Of a stretch of 64,000 nt of DNA, positions 37,356 through 45,657 are shown piece after piece (position 1 is the stretch's first letter; every line of letters starts with the position of its first letter). A program made the position numbers and the translations under genes. Origin of the DNA: a virus (Duplodnaviria; Caudoviricetes); the IMG/VR virus record IMGVR_UViG_3300042507_004106; one strand, written 5' to 3'. The notes below the pieces were generated by a model. The model was not told the DNA's origin and did no database searches. It worked only from the letters and a program-made list of their open reading frames with translations.

Positions 37356-37936
37356 AATGGGTTTCCTTTTTGTGAATAAGATTTAAGATTTTCTACTAGT
37401 ATTTGAAGTTCTTGTAGGGAAGCGTCTGATTTAATCCAGTTTGCTCTTGAAGATATAACCCAAATATTGTCTGGGGTATATCCTTTTCCTGGTTCTTTTT
37501 GGTCTAAACTTGGATTTCTTGGATCTCTTTTATTATTAGTTGATACAAGAGGTATTCCCAATAGAGGACAGGTTTCTGGAATAATAATATCATCTATAGT
37601 TATATTGAAAGGAATACCCTTTCTCTTTGCTCTGTGTTGAGCATTATGAAACATATTGTATCTTCTGTCATCCTCTTTTTTTGAACCAGGTGGTTTTATT
37701 TTAGTTTTATTGAAAGCAATAGTAGTTTCTCTTCTAACGCAACCACAACTTGTAGTAGACCCAGATACAAGTCCGTATCTTTCACACACTTTATTACCCC
37801 CACACTCACATTCACAAGTTGCATATACTCTACTTTTACCACTTTTAAAAATAACTTCTTCTTTTAAGACAGTAAGTTTACCAAACTTCTGTCCAACTAA
37901 AGCACCGCAAGGTTTTGATTTACTATTTAATCCCAT
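37352..37936 (-). mobile_element. Free-standing HNH/His-Me-type homing endonuclease downstream of psbD
   Basis: LVGQKFGKLTV...CECECG...SCGC N-terminal domain; CPLLG...PSLDQ...GY...NIWVIS..AN..K catalytic-like domain; TATAAATA late promoter at 37962-37969. Confidence 0.75.
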
Positions 37937-37998
37937 TACCCCAAGTTTGAATATCTATTATTATTTATATCATATCATATTTTGGGTCCTATGTAAAT

Positions 37999-38023
37999 AA
38001 AAAGACCCCAAATATGAGGTCTT
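37999..38023 (-). terminator. psbD intrinsic terminator
   Basis: Minus strand AAAGACC-UCAUAUUUGG-GGUCUUUUU. Confidence 0.65.
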
Positions 38024-38028
38024 TACAA

Positions 38029-39093
38029 TCAAAGAGCATTTCCGCGAGGCAATACCTCTTCTGGAAAGACAAACGACTCGTGTGGTTGATCAACTGTAGC
38101 CATCCAAGCACGAATACCGTCATTTAATAACACATTCTTCGTTGTGAATGTTTCATATTCAGGGTCTTCAGCAGCACGGATTTCTTGAGATACAAACTCA
38201 TATGCTCTCAAGTTCAATCCCAAACCAATAATACCGATTGAACTCACCCAGAGACCCATAACAGGAACAAACAACATGAAAAAATGAAGCCAACGCTTGT
38301 TACTAAAAGCAATGCCAAATATCTGTGACCAGAAGCGGTTTGCAGTAACCATTGAATAGGTCTCTTCCTCCTGGGTTGGTTCAAATGCCTTGAATGTATT
38401 TGATTGGTCACTATCTTCGAAGAGGGTGTTTTCAACTGTTGCTCCATGAATCGCACAGAGTAATGCTCCACCCAGTATACCAGCAACTCCCATCATATGG
38501 AAGGGGTTGAGGGTCCAGTTGTGGAAACCTTGAAGAAACAGAAGGAACCTGAAGATTGCTGCGACACCAAATGAAGGTGCGAAGAACCAACTGGATTGCC
38601 CCAGTGGATACATCAGGAATACAGAAACGAATACTGCGATAGGACCAGAGAATGCGATTGCGTTATAAGGACGAATACCTACAAGACGGGCAATCTCAAA
38701 CTGACGAAGCATAAATCCGATTAAGCTGAAAGCCCCGTGGAGCGCCACAAAAGTCCAGAGTCCCCCAAGTTGGAACCACCTGACGATATCCCCTTGAGCC
38801 TCAGGACCCCAGAGCAGAAGAAGAGAATGACCCATAGCGTCTGCTGGAGTACTAACTGCCGCAGTAAGAAAGTTTGCACCCTCAAGATAGGAACTTGCCA
38901 ACCCGTGAGTATACCAACTCGTAACGAAAGTCGTCCCAGTAAGCCAACCACCAAGAGCAAGGTAAGCAGTTGGGAATAGTAGTAATCCACTCCATCCAAC
39001 AAACACAAATCTGTCCCTTTTCAACCAATCATCTAATAAATCAAACCAACCTTTTTGTTGAATAGGTTTTGTAAGCGTAGATGATACCATCAA
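38029..39093 (-). CDS. psbD: Photosystem II D2 protein
   Basis: [20 protein letters not shown]...[12 protein letters not shown]; uninterrupted. Confidence 0.98.
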   Translation of the reverse strand: MMVSSTLTKPIQQKGWFDLLDDWLKRDRFVFVGWSGLLLFPTAYLALGGWLTGTTFVTSWYTHGLASSYLEGANFLTAAVSTPADAMGHSLLLLWGPEAQGDIVRWFQLGGLWTFVALHGAFSLIGFMLRQFEIARLVGIRPYNAIAFSGPIAVFVSVFLMYPLGQSSWFFAPSFGVAAIFRFLLFLQGFHNWTLNPFHMMGVAGILGGALLCAIHGATVENTLFEDSDQSNTFKAFEPTQEEETYSMVTANRFWSQIFGIAFSNKRWLHFFMLFVPVMGLWVSSIGIIGLGLNLRAYEFVSQEIRAAEDPEYETFTTKNVLLNDGIRAWMATVDQPHESFVFPEEVLPRGNAL

Positions 39094-39113
39094 TCCTCCT
39101 TAACGATTTGTAA

Positions 39114-39147
39114 TATTTATTATAAGGCTCCATAATAAAGAAGTCAA
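39114..39147 (-). promoter_or_regulatory. Overlapping sigma70 and T4-late promoters of psbD
   Basis: TTGACT (39142-39147) - 17 bp - TATAAT (39119-39124), followed by ATAAATA. Confidence 0.65.
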
Positions 39148-39243
39148 TAGAGATTTTTACTTATTATATCTCGGGTCAATTGGTTTGTCTGGGTCCATTC
39201 CTTTTGATATTCTATAAAGAGACCTTCACAGGTCTCTCAAAAA

Positions 39244-39552
39244 CTATTTCTTTTCACCCCTATCTCTATTTTCAAGTTCTCTAAATCTACTATCAACAGG
39301 GTCGTGAGTTCTCATTTTAGTTTTCATTTTCTTTATCTGTGGTGATATTTTTTCAATTTTTCTTTTTACCATATTTTTCAATCTTTCACCACTCTCTCCT
39401 TTATGAGAAGGTTGATTTTCTCTCCTAAAATCCATAGCATCTTGTGCTGCTCTGGATTTCTTTTTTATCTTCCTCAACATCTTTTCTCTTGGAAGTGGTT
39501 GGAGACCTTCAACCAACTCACACTCTAGTACAAACTCTCTAAAAGTTTTCAT
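39244..39552 (-). CDS. Basic 102 aa protein with a T4 capsid-targeting-like N-terminus
   Basis: Starts MKTFREFVLE; TATAAATA late promoter at 39573-39580. Confidence 0.6.
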   Translation of the reverse strand: MKTFREFVLECELVEGLQPLPREKMLRKIKKKSRAAQDAMDFRRENQPSHKGESGERLKNMVKRKIEKISPQIKKMKTKMRTHDPVDSRFRELENRDRGEKK

Positions 39553-39645
39553 TTGTATTGATACTTTTTATGTATTTATACTTTTACCTATCGTCAGTTT
39601 GTTCTCTGTATCTCTGTAAATCTCTAAACAATCCATTCACATTAT

Positions 39646-39674
39646 AAAAAAAGGAAACTCGTGAGAGTTTCCTT
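39646..39674 (-). terminator. psbA intrinsic terminator
   Basis: AAGGAAACUC-UCAC-GAGUUUCC-UUUUUUU. Confidence 0.8.
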
Positions 39675-39702
39675 AACATTATACCATTATTTGGTTTTTA
39701 TA

Positions 39703-41248
39703 TCAACCGATTGACGGTGCCGTTAAAGCAACTTCTTGAGTAGAAGCAGCAGCAAGGTCAAGTGGGAAGTTGTGCTTCCATTTTGGACTATATCTTCACC
39801 ATACTCTTTATGAGGTTAGGTGTCGGACGCTAATGGTGTATTACATAGGGCGCTCCCTAAACCACCTAGTCTCTGAACCTTCCCTAGAAGCGTCTAGGGC
39901 TTGGATGCTGATTGCCCGTTAGGGTTTCCAGCAGTTCATCCGAAGTTTACCTTGTCTTTTCAGGCAAGGGCGCCCACAAATCGAGCGTTGCGTTCATGCC
40001 GTTTTTGTTACCGTAAGAACTCTTTATTTCTTACTTCTTACTGTCGCCAGTAAGACCAGACTATCTCTTCATCCGTTCTGGATGCTGGGCATTCGTGGGT
40101 AGATTATTGTTGGAACTCACTACCTAGTCGTTAGACCTGCCGAAGAACCTATGTCCTCTTCGGATTGGTACGGGATTGTCTACTTGAGAGTTTCCCCGTT
40201 TAACCCAGTTTCGTCAAGGAATATTCCTATTCCAGGGTGACTACATTTAAGAAATCACTTCCATTCCCAGTCCTGCACGGTTAAGTACATCAGCCCAAGT
40301 GTTGATTACCTTGCCCTGACTATCAACGATACTTTGATTAAAGTTGAAGCCATTCAAATTGAAGGCCATCGTGGAAACACCAAGAGCGGTGAACCAAATA
40401 CCCACGACGGGCCAGGCTGCTAAGAAGAAGTGAAGTGAACGGGAGTTATTGAATGAAGCGTATTGGAAGATTAGACGACCAAAGTAACCGTGAGCAGCAA
40501 TTATATTGTATGTTTCCTCCTCCTGACCGAACTTGTAACCATAGTTCTGTGACTCATTCTCAGTGGTTTCACGAACCAGCGAGGAAGTAACCAGAGAACC
40601 GTGCATAGCACTGAACAGAGAACCACCGAAGACACCAGCAACTCCAAGCATGTGGAAGGGGTGCATCAGGATGTTGTGCTCTGCCTGGAACACAAGCATG
40701 TAGTTAAAAGTACCAGAGATACCCAGAGGCATTGCATCAGAGAAAGAACCTTGACCGAAAGGATAGACCAGGAACACTGCAGAAGCAGCAGCAACAGGTG
40801 CAGAGTATGCAACACAGATCCAAGGACGCATACCCAGGCGGTAGGAAAGTTCCCACTCACGACCCATGTAGGCGTAGATACCAATCAGGAAGTGGAACAC
40901 AACCAGTTGGAAAGGACCACCGTTGTAAAGCCACTCATCTAGGGAAGCAGCTTCCCAGATAGGATAGAAGTGAAGACCAATGGCGTTGCTTGAAGGAATC
41001 ACAGCACCAGAGATGATGTTGTTTCCGTACATGAGTGAACCAGCAACGGGTTCACGGATACCATCAATGTCCACAGGAGGTGCGGCAATGAAGGCAACGA
41101 TGAAACAAATGGTAGCAGCAAGCAGGCAGGGGATCATCAGAACGCCAAACCAACCCACATAGAGGCGATTGTCAGTCGAAGTAACCCAGTTGCAGAACTG
41201 TTCCCAAGTATTTGATTGTGATTTTTGACGTGAAATTGTAGCAGTCAT
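39703..41248 (-). CDS. psbA: Photosystem II D1 protein in three exons: join(40254..41248, 39984..39999, 39703..39774), 360 aa after splicing
   Basis: 995+16+72 = 1083 nt, reading ...[35 protein letters not shown], which restores the canonical D1 C-terminus. Confidence 0.95.
39775..39983 (-). mobile_element. Group I intron 2 of psbA (209 nt, no ORF)
   Basis: Exon ends in U and intron ends in G. P1 exon CGCU pairs with GGCG (U.G); P10 exon CACAA pairs with UUGUG. Core elements GAACUGCUGGAA (P), AAUCAGCAUCC (Q), CAGAGACUA (R), GAAGAUAUAGUCC (S). Confidence 0.93.
39984..39999 (-). other. psbA: 16-nt psbA micro-exon (G CAT GAA CGC AAC GCT)
   Basis: Supplies the last base of the Met codon plus H-E-R-N-A, which is missing between exons 1 and 3. 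Confidence 0.92.
40000..40253 (-). mobile_element. Group I intron 1 of psbA (254 nt, no ORF)
   Basis: P1 exon GUGAU pairs with GUCAC (U.G); P10 exon GCAU pairs with AUGU. AAACGGGGAAAC (P), AAUCCCGUACC (Q), UAACGACUAG (R), GAAGAGAUAGUCU (S); P9 CUUACUG-GCGA-CAGUAAG; terminal G. Confidence 0.9.
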
Positions 41249-41267
41249 TTTTTCGTAAAAGGGTAAG

Positions 41268-41362
41268 TAAAAGTCCAGGGGGAACTGGATAATACGTTAT
41301 TCCCACAGCACCCTCCACTGTGGGTATGAGAGACGTAATTTATACTCCCCATAGGTCTCGGT
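41268..41362 (-). ncRNA. Structured psbA 5' leader, PhotoRC-II-like motif
   Basis: Three hairpins: GAGAC...GUCUC, CCCACAG-UGGAGGGUG-CUGUGGG, UCCAG-UUCCCC-CUGGA. Family name from recall, not from a search. Confidence 0.55.
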
Positions 41363-41416
41363 TAGTGAGAGTTTACAATGTTACGAATTATTAGGAATCC
41401 GTAACATTTGTTTACC

Positions 41417-41450
41417 TATTTAGTATAGCACCGACCTTCTGACCCGTCAA
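41417..41450 (-). promoter_or_regulatory. Overlapping sigma70 and late promoters of psbA
   Basis: TTGACG (41445-41450) - 17 bp - TATACT (41422-41427), running into CTAAATA. Confidence 0.7.
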
Positions 41451-41611
41451 GCCCTGTATTCTTCGATTTTGTCCAGGACTTTGTTCAGGTACTGATGCGC
41501 TAACCATTTTGGGTCAGTATCGTATCGATTCATCCACTCGTTATCCAATTCATTTTTTATCTTAAGGACTTCACATTTTATGATATCCTTCGTCAAGTGT
41601 CCCCTGGGCAT
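41447..41611 (-). CDS. Small conserved hypothetical protein (54 aa, MPRGHLTKDIIKCEVLKIK...)
   Basis: Manual translation; late motif CTAAATA upstream. Confidence 0.6.
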   Translation of the reverse strand: MPRGHLTKDIIKCEVLKIKNELDNEWMNRYDTDPKWLAHQYLNKVLDKIEEYRA

Positions 41612-41659
41612 AATACTAAAAAACTCTGCCCAGTATTTAGGGCAGAGTTTGATATTATT

Positions 41660-42229
41660 TCAGACCTGTGCGGTTTCCCTCACAGTTGTCTTCACATACT
41701 CAAAAACCACTTCTGGAGTAGTCGCTGCGTAAGGGTCGGTGTCTGCATTGTCCCGTTGCCCCACTTCAACGAATAGTTTTTCGACGATTCCGTTATCCAC
41801 GACTGCAGCATAACGCCAAGAGCGAAGACCGAAACCAAGGTTAGACTTATTGACGAGCATACCCATAGAACGTGTGAAATATGCATTTCCGTCAGGGATA
41901 AGAGTGACCTTTTCGATATTCTGGTCTTGTGCCCAGGCGTTCATCACAAACCCATCATTAACAGAGATGCAGTAAATATTATCGATGCCGAGACCCAAAA
42001 AGTCGTCATATTTCTCTTCGAATCCAGGTAACTGATAGGCACTGCAAGTAGGAGTGAAAGCACCAGGCAGACTAAAAATGACCACACGCTTTCCATTGAA
42101 GAGTTCTGAAGTTGTACGAGTTACAAACTCACCATTCTCACGAAACTGAAATTGAACTTCAGGAACTTGATATTGTTCTTTACGCATAGTAACCTCCACA
42201 GTCTTTTTCTTCTTAAAAATATTGAACAT
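41660..42229 (-). CDS. Peroxiredoxin (Prx5/type II)
   Basis: FSLPGAFTPTCS, SVNDGFVMNAW, RSWRY. Start moved to 42229 (or the Met near 42187) because the longer ORF overlaps hli. Confidence 0.9.
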   Translation of the reverse strand: MFNIFKKKKTVEVTMRKEQYQVPEVQFQFRENGEFVTRTTSELFNGKRVVIFSLPGAFTPTCSAYQLPGFEEKYDDFLGLGIDNIYCISVNDGFVMNAWAQDQNIEKVTLIPDGNAYFTRSMGMLVNKSNLGFGLRSWRYAAVVDNGIVEKLFVEVGQRDNADTDPYAATTPEVVFEYVKTTVRETAQV

Positions 42230-42348
42230 CAGAATACACCAGGCACAATTTGCCCGGTAGCGAGATAAGATCCCATAGCGGCAACAATACCAATCATTGC
42301 AGCCCAACCATTAATACGCTCAGCGCGTTCAGTAAAAAGATTTTTCAT
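42229..42348 (-). CDS. hli: High-light-inducible protein (39 aa)
   Basis: [20 protein letters not shown]...TGQIVPGVF with the AExxNGxxAMxG motif. Confidence 0.9.
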   Translation of the reverse strand: MKNLFTERAERINGWAAMIGIVAAMGSYLATGQIVPGVF

Positions 42349-42557
42349 TTGTTTTCTCCTTGATAAGAATGTTGTTGTTTAAGTTCTGGATTTGGATTAC
42401 AAACCAATTTTTCTTTGATAGGTTTAATCACAATAAACTTATCACTTTTGAGTGTGCCTGCGATCTTGACTTCTAGTTCTACATCTCTATCCCAAGCACC
42501 AGACTCTACAAGTTCTTGAACGGCAAGATTGAATTGCCCAAGCATTCCAGCACTCAC
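42345..42557 (-). CDS. Hypothetical protein
   Basis: 70 aa ORF overlapping petF and hli. Confidence 0.6.
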   Translation of the reverse strand: MSAGMLGQFNLAVQELVESGAWDRDVELEVKIAGTLKSDKFIVIKPIKEKLVCNPNPELKQQHSYQGENK

Positions 42558-42841
42558 AGATTTTCTTCCTGTTCAGTAAGGATCACGCAATCAGACTTAG
42601 GATAAGCAACACAGAGAAGTGCAAATCCTTCTGCCATTTGATCATCATCAAGGAACGATTGTTCTTCATTATCAATCTCACCAGAGATTACCTTACCAGC
42701 ACAAGAAGAACAAGCACCTGCCTTACAAGAGAAGGGAAGGTCAACTCCTGCCTCTTCTGCTGCTTCAAGAATATATTGATCTTCGGCACACTGAATAGTG
42801 GTTTCGCCGTCAGGGGATTGAAGTGTAACGTTGAATGTCAT
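42554..42841 (-). CDS. petF: Plant-type [2Fe-2S] ferredoxin
   Basis: [15 protein letters not shown]...LLCVAYP. Confidence 0.95.
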   Translation of the reverse strand: MTFNVTLQSPDGETTIQCAEDQYILEAAEEAGVDLPFSCKAGACSSCAGKVISGEIDNEEQSFLDDDQMAEGFALLCVAYPKSDCVILTEQEENL

Positions 42842-42842
42842 T

Positions 42843-42929
42843 TCAATAAGTTTCTGAAAGTTGATCTACAGCATAACCCAAAATCACGAAAAAAGCAATA
42901 GTCGTGATTGTCCAGAATGCTTCAGTCAT
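42843..42929 (-). CDS. 28 aa membrane micropeptide [28 protein letters not shown]
   Basis: Manual translation; tightly packed between hli and petF. Confidence 0.5.
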   Translation of the reverse strand: MTEAFWTITTIAFFVILGYAVDQLSETY

Positions 42930-43138
42930 CAGAAGATGCCGAAGAAGAGTTTACCAGTGCTAGCATAAGAAACGATAGCAGCAATAAAACCGAGCATTGC
43001 CCAGCGTCCATTCATTTTCTCCGCTTTCTCAGCATAGGGTTCAATACCATAACGCTCAAGATCCTCTTTGGTCATATACATTGAGGGTTCTTTAGCAAAC
43101 ATATTCATTTGCCCGAACTCATTTTTTGTAACCGTCAT
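42929..43138 (-). CDS. hli: High-light-inducible protein
   Basis: NMFAKEP...AEKMNGRWAMLG...TGKLFFGIF; start set at the MTVTK Met. Confidence 0.92.
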   Translation of the reverse strand: MTVTKNEFGQMNMFAKEPSMYMTKEDLERYGIEPYAEKAEKMNGRWAMLGFIAAIVSYASTGKLFFGIF

Positions 43139-43164
43139 TATCTTTTGTAAAGATTTACAACACA

Positions 43165-43200
43165 ATTATATAGCAAAAATAAAGGGGCGTCAAGCCCCCT
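43165..43200 (-). terminator. Terminator hairpin containing a -35 box, with the -10 box downstream
   Basis: aggggc-gtcaa-gccccct; TTGACG (43188-43193) - 17 bp - TATAAT (43165-43170). Confidence 0.7.
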
Positions 43201-43230
43201 AGTGAGTATTTGTGCTTATTTTGTTAAGAT

Positions 43231-44025
43231 TCACTGACTTTGATTAACCGATGATTCGGTTATCCTCCCAAGATAAGGATCATAATTCATCAAATCGTCA
43301 ATGCCCATATCATGACCCTGCTTCTCCCAGAACTGAAGCAATCCATCATGACTGCTACGATGAAAGATATCAATATGCTCTGGGTGAATAGAAGATCCCA
43401 GTTCAATTCGATAGAGAAATAATGGAATAGAAAAAGTGTTACCTGAGTTATAAATTAAATCATCAGCAACAGCTCTTGGTCTTACTCCCTGATCCAGTTT
43501 ATATTTTCCATCACGAACATGGAATTTTAAAAGTTTTTCAGCATGATGACGAGTTATTATATAAGCAGCGGTAGAAAAATCATTTACAAATCTCTTATGG
43601 AGTTTTACATGTAAGTTACCAGTGCAAATAATCGCAAGTTGAACTACATCCCAATCATAAGGAATTTTAGAAACAAAATCTGCCCATGTAAAATTCCAAA
43701 ACCTTGCAATCTGTAGATCTACATCATCTTCCATAATAATTGCATATGGAGAATCAGATGTATCGTACCAATGCTTAATTGCTTTTAAGTGAGAGGTAGT
43801 ACAACCTATCTCACCAGAAGTCATGTTTTCTGGATAACGACCCTTAATAATATCGCTAAGATCATCAGTTCTACCATCAAACGCGGATATCCTTTCGTAA
43901 TTCTCAATCTCCCAATATTTAAATTGAGATTCCATATATTCTTTTCTTTCCGGTTGTCCATCTAGATTAAGATAATAAATTGGACCAATATTTTTAAGTT
44001 TGTAAGCAGATTTGTTTTTATCCAT
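43231..44025 (-). CDS. GT25-family glycosyltransferase
   Basis: YYLNLD...ERK...SAFDG...GEIGCTTSH...IIMEDD. Confidence 0.85.
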   Translation of the reverse strand: MDKNKSAYKLKNIGPIYYLNLDGQPERKEYMESQFKYWEIENYERISAFDGRTDDLSDIIKGRYPENMTSGEIGCTTSHLKAIKHWYDTSDSPYAIIMEDDVDLQIARFWNFTWADFVSKIPYDWDVVQLAIICTGNLHVKLHKRFVNDFSTAAYIITRHHAEKLLKFHVRDGKYKLDQGVRPRAVADDLIYNSGNTFSIPLFLYRIELGSSIHPEHIDIFHRSSHDGLLQFWEKQGHDMGIDDLMNYDPYLGRITESSVNQSQ

Positions 44026-44033
44026 TTTTCAAT

Positions 44034-44873
44034 TCAAATATTACTATTATAACATGAGTATTTTTTTAGATATTTCTGATTACTATAATAATTCTTAAGT
44101 TTTCTTTTATCCAATTTTTCAAGATAACTCCAAAGTTCAAAATTCTTTTGTAAATATGGATTATTAAAACTTGAGTTATGTCCTCTAGAATGTTCTAAAT
44201 GATAAACATAATCACATATTCTACCAACTTTATATCCTAGTTTATTAAACCTAAAAAATCTTTCCTTATCTTCTGGAGACCAAGATATAAAATTTTCATT
44301 TTCCATTCCACCATCAATATAAACCTGTCTATTGAAAAACTGAACGTGACCATATTGTGCGTCATATTCTTTGGAATTATTTTCCAAAAAAGCGAAGTCA
44401 AAATCGTTAACTAAAAAGTTTGTAACAATCTCATCATCTGCAAATACTTGTTTTTGATAATTTCCAAACCCGTAAGGATATACCAAATCATATTTTTGAT
44501 TTAGTATCATTTCACAAGATTTCTGATAAGTCTCAGGTTTAAGTAAAACATCACAATCATAATTAACTACAATTTCAGTAGTTGATTTACAAATCATTTC
44601 ATTTAATATTCTCATCCTATAAAAAATAGGATCTTCAGACTGTTCAAATAAGTATGTTAAATTTTTTACATCTTCACCTAAAAACTCTTCAATTTGAGGC
44701 AGAGCATACTTTTCAAATAATTTTTCAGAATCTACTTCTTTAATAAGAACACTCGTATCAAATGTTTTCAATAAAAAGCATACAACAGTAATTATATTTC
44801 TTATCCTATCATCAGAATCAAGTCTGATAGGAATCATAAATGTAGAATTAGATAAATTAATTTTTGAATTCAT
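44034..44873 (-). CDS. GT2/GT7-like glycosyltransferase
   Basis: NYDCDV, GGMENENF.SWSPEDKE, YHLEH. Confidence 0.75.
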   Translation of the reverse strand: MNSKINLSNSTFMIPIRLDSDDRIRNIITVVCFLLKTFDTSVLIKEVDSEKLFEKYALPQIEEFLGEDVKNLTYLFEQSEDPIFYRMRILNEMICKSTTEIVVNYDCDVLLKPETYQKSCEMILNQKYDLVYPYGFGNYQKQVFADDEIVTNFLVNDFDFAFLENNSKEYDAQYGHVQFFNRQVYIDGGMENENFISWSPEDKERFFRFNKLGYKVGRICDYVYHLEHSRGHNSSFNNPYLQKNFELWSYLEKLDKRKLKNYYSNQKYLKKYSCYNSNI

Positions 44874-45652
44874 ATTTTAGTCCATCCATTGAGATATAAA
44901 TCATCTGTTTGATTTTTTGATGTGTTTCCATCAGTACCAAACCATTGTAATGGGGCGATCACTTTCTGCGATTTGGCCAACCAAGCGCCCCACCAACTAA
45001 AAGAACTATTAGCAATAATATGATACTTACACATTGACATCAAACACAAATCAACGTAAGTATTATATGATTCGGAAACTAAAAATCTATCTGATGAAAA
45101 TATCTTCTGAGATTTGCACCAATCCACGTCGTCAGAAAAAATCATTACTGGTATCTGATCATTGAAGTGCTTAAGAGCTCGTTCATAATATTCTAGACTA
45201 CATGGCGGATGATTTATAGAATTAGACACATAATCAGTTCTCCTTACATGAAGTGAAATAATTTCATCAAAATCAAAATTTTTAGAACATGGTTCTAAGA
45301 TATACTCTTTAAATGTAAAGTCTTTTCTAATTTGATCTTCTATATGCTTAAAGTATTTTTCAGATTGAAAATATCCATGAATACTTACATTATCTGGGCA
45401 GTTTAGTACATAGTTTTCATCATAATGAAATTGTTTTTCTTCATAAAATTTGTTTGGCGAGTATCCAATATGCTGCAAACCAGATAGTTCAAATACATCA
45501 AATAATTTATTGTCTTTCCATTTATCCCCATAGTTAGTTTGAGGAATACAGAACTCATAATTTTTAAATGCAGCAATGCCTCTTAGTGCCGCATATTGAA
45601 ACATTTGGTTGGCAAGTCTACCATATTGCCCAAGATAATTAAATCCGATCAT
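44870..45652 (-). CDS. GT11 alpha-1,2-fucosyltransferase
   Basis: GRLANQMFQYA, GYFQSEKYF, SLHVRRTDY, FSDD..WC, ANSSFSWWGAWL. Confidence 0.92.
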   Translation of the reverse strand: MIGFNYLGQYGRLANQMFQYAALRGIAAFKNYEFCIPQTNYGDKWKDNKLFDVFELSGLQHIGYSPNKFYEEKQFHYDENYVLNCPDNVSIHGYFQSEKYFKHIEDQIRKDFTFKEYILEPCSKNFDFDEIISLHVRRTDYVSNSINHPPCSLEYYERALKHFNDQIPVMIFSDDVDWCKSQKIFSSDRFLVSESYNTYVDLCLMSMCKYHIIANSSFSWWGAWLAKSQKVIAPLQWFGTDGNTSKNQTDDLYLNGWTKI

Positions 45653-45657
45653 TATTA

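Noticed and set aside
37976-38016. Antiterminator pairing (12 of 13 nt) at the psbD terminator
   Set aside because: The complementary segment lies downstream of the U-tract, so it would be transcribed too late to act as a classical antiterminator.
39775-40253. Intron-encoded homing endonuclease
   Set aside because: Both introns are too short and are filled by ribozyme core elements.
38244-41162. Alternative-frame and antisense ORFs in psbD and psbA
   Set aside because: Expected in higher-GC, codon-biased photosystem genes; no independent signals.
40247-41248. psbA as a truncated 333 aa pseudogene ending MEVIS*
   Set aside because: The stop lies inside intron 1; the remaining codons are present in frame in two downstream exons.
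42230-42307. N-terminal extension of the peroxiredoxin ORF
   Set aside because: It overlaps the hli gene in another frame; the TGATG junction at 42229 gives a better start.
43145-43160. NtcA site upstream of hli
   Set aside because: The GTA-TAC spacing is 6, not 8; it is kept only as an unassigned palindrome.
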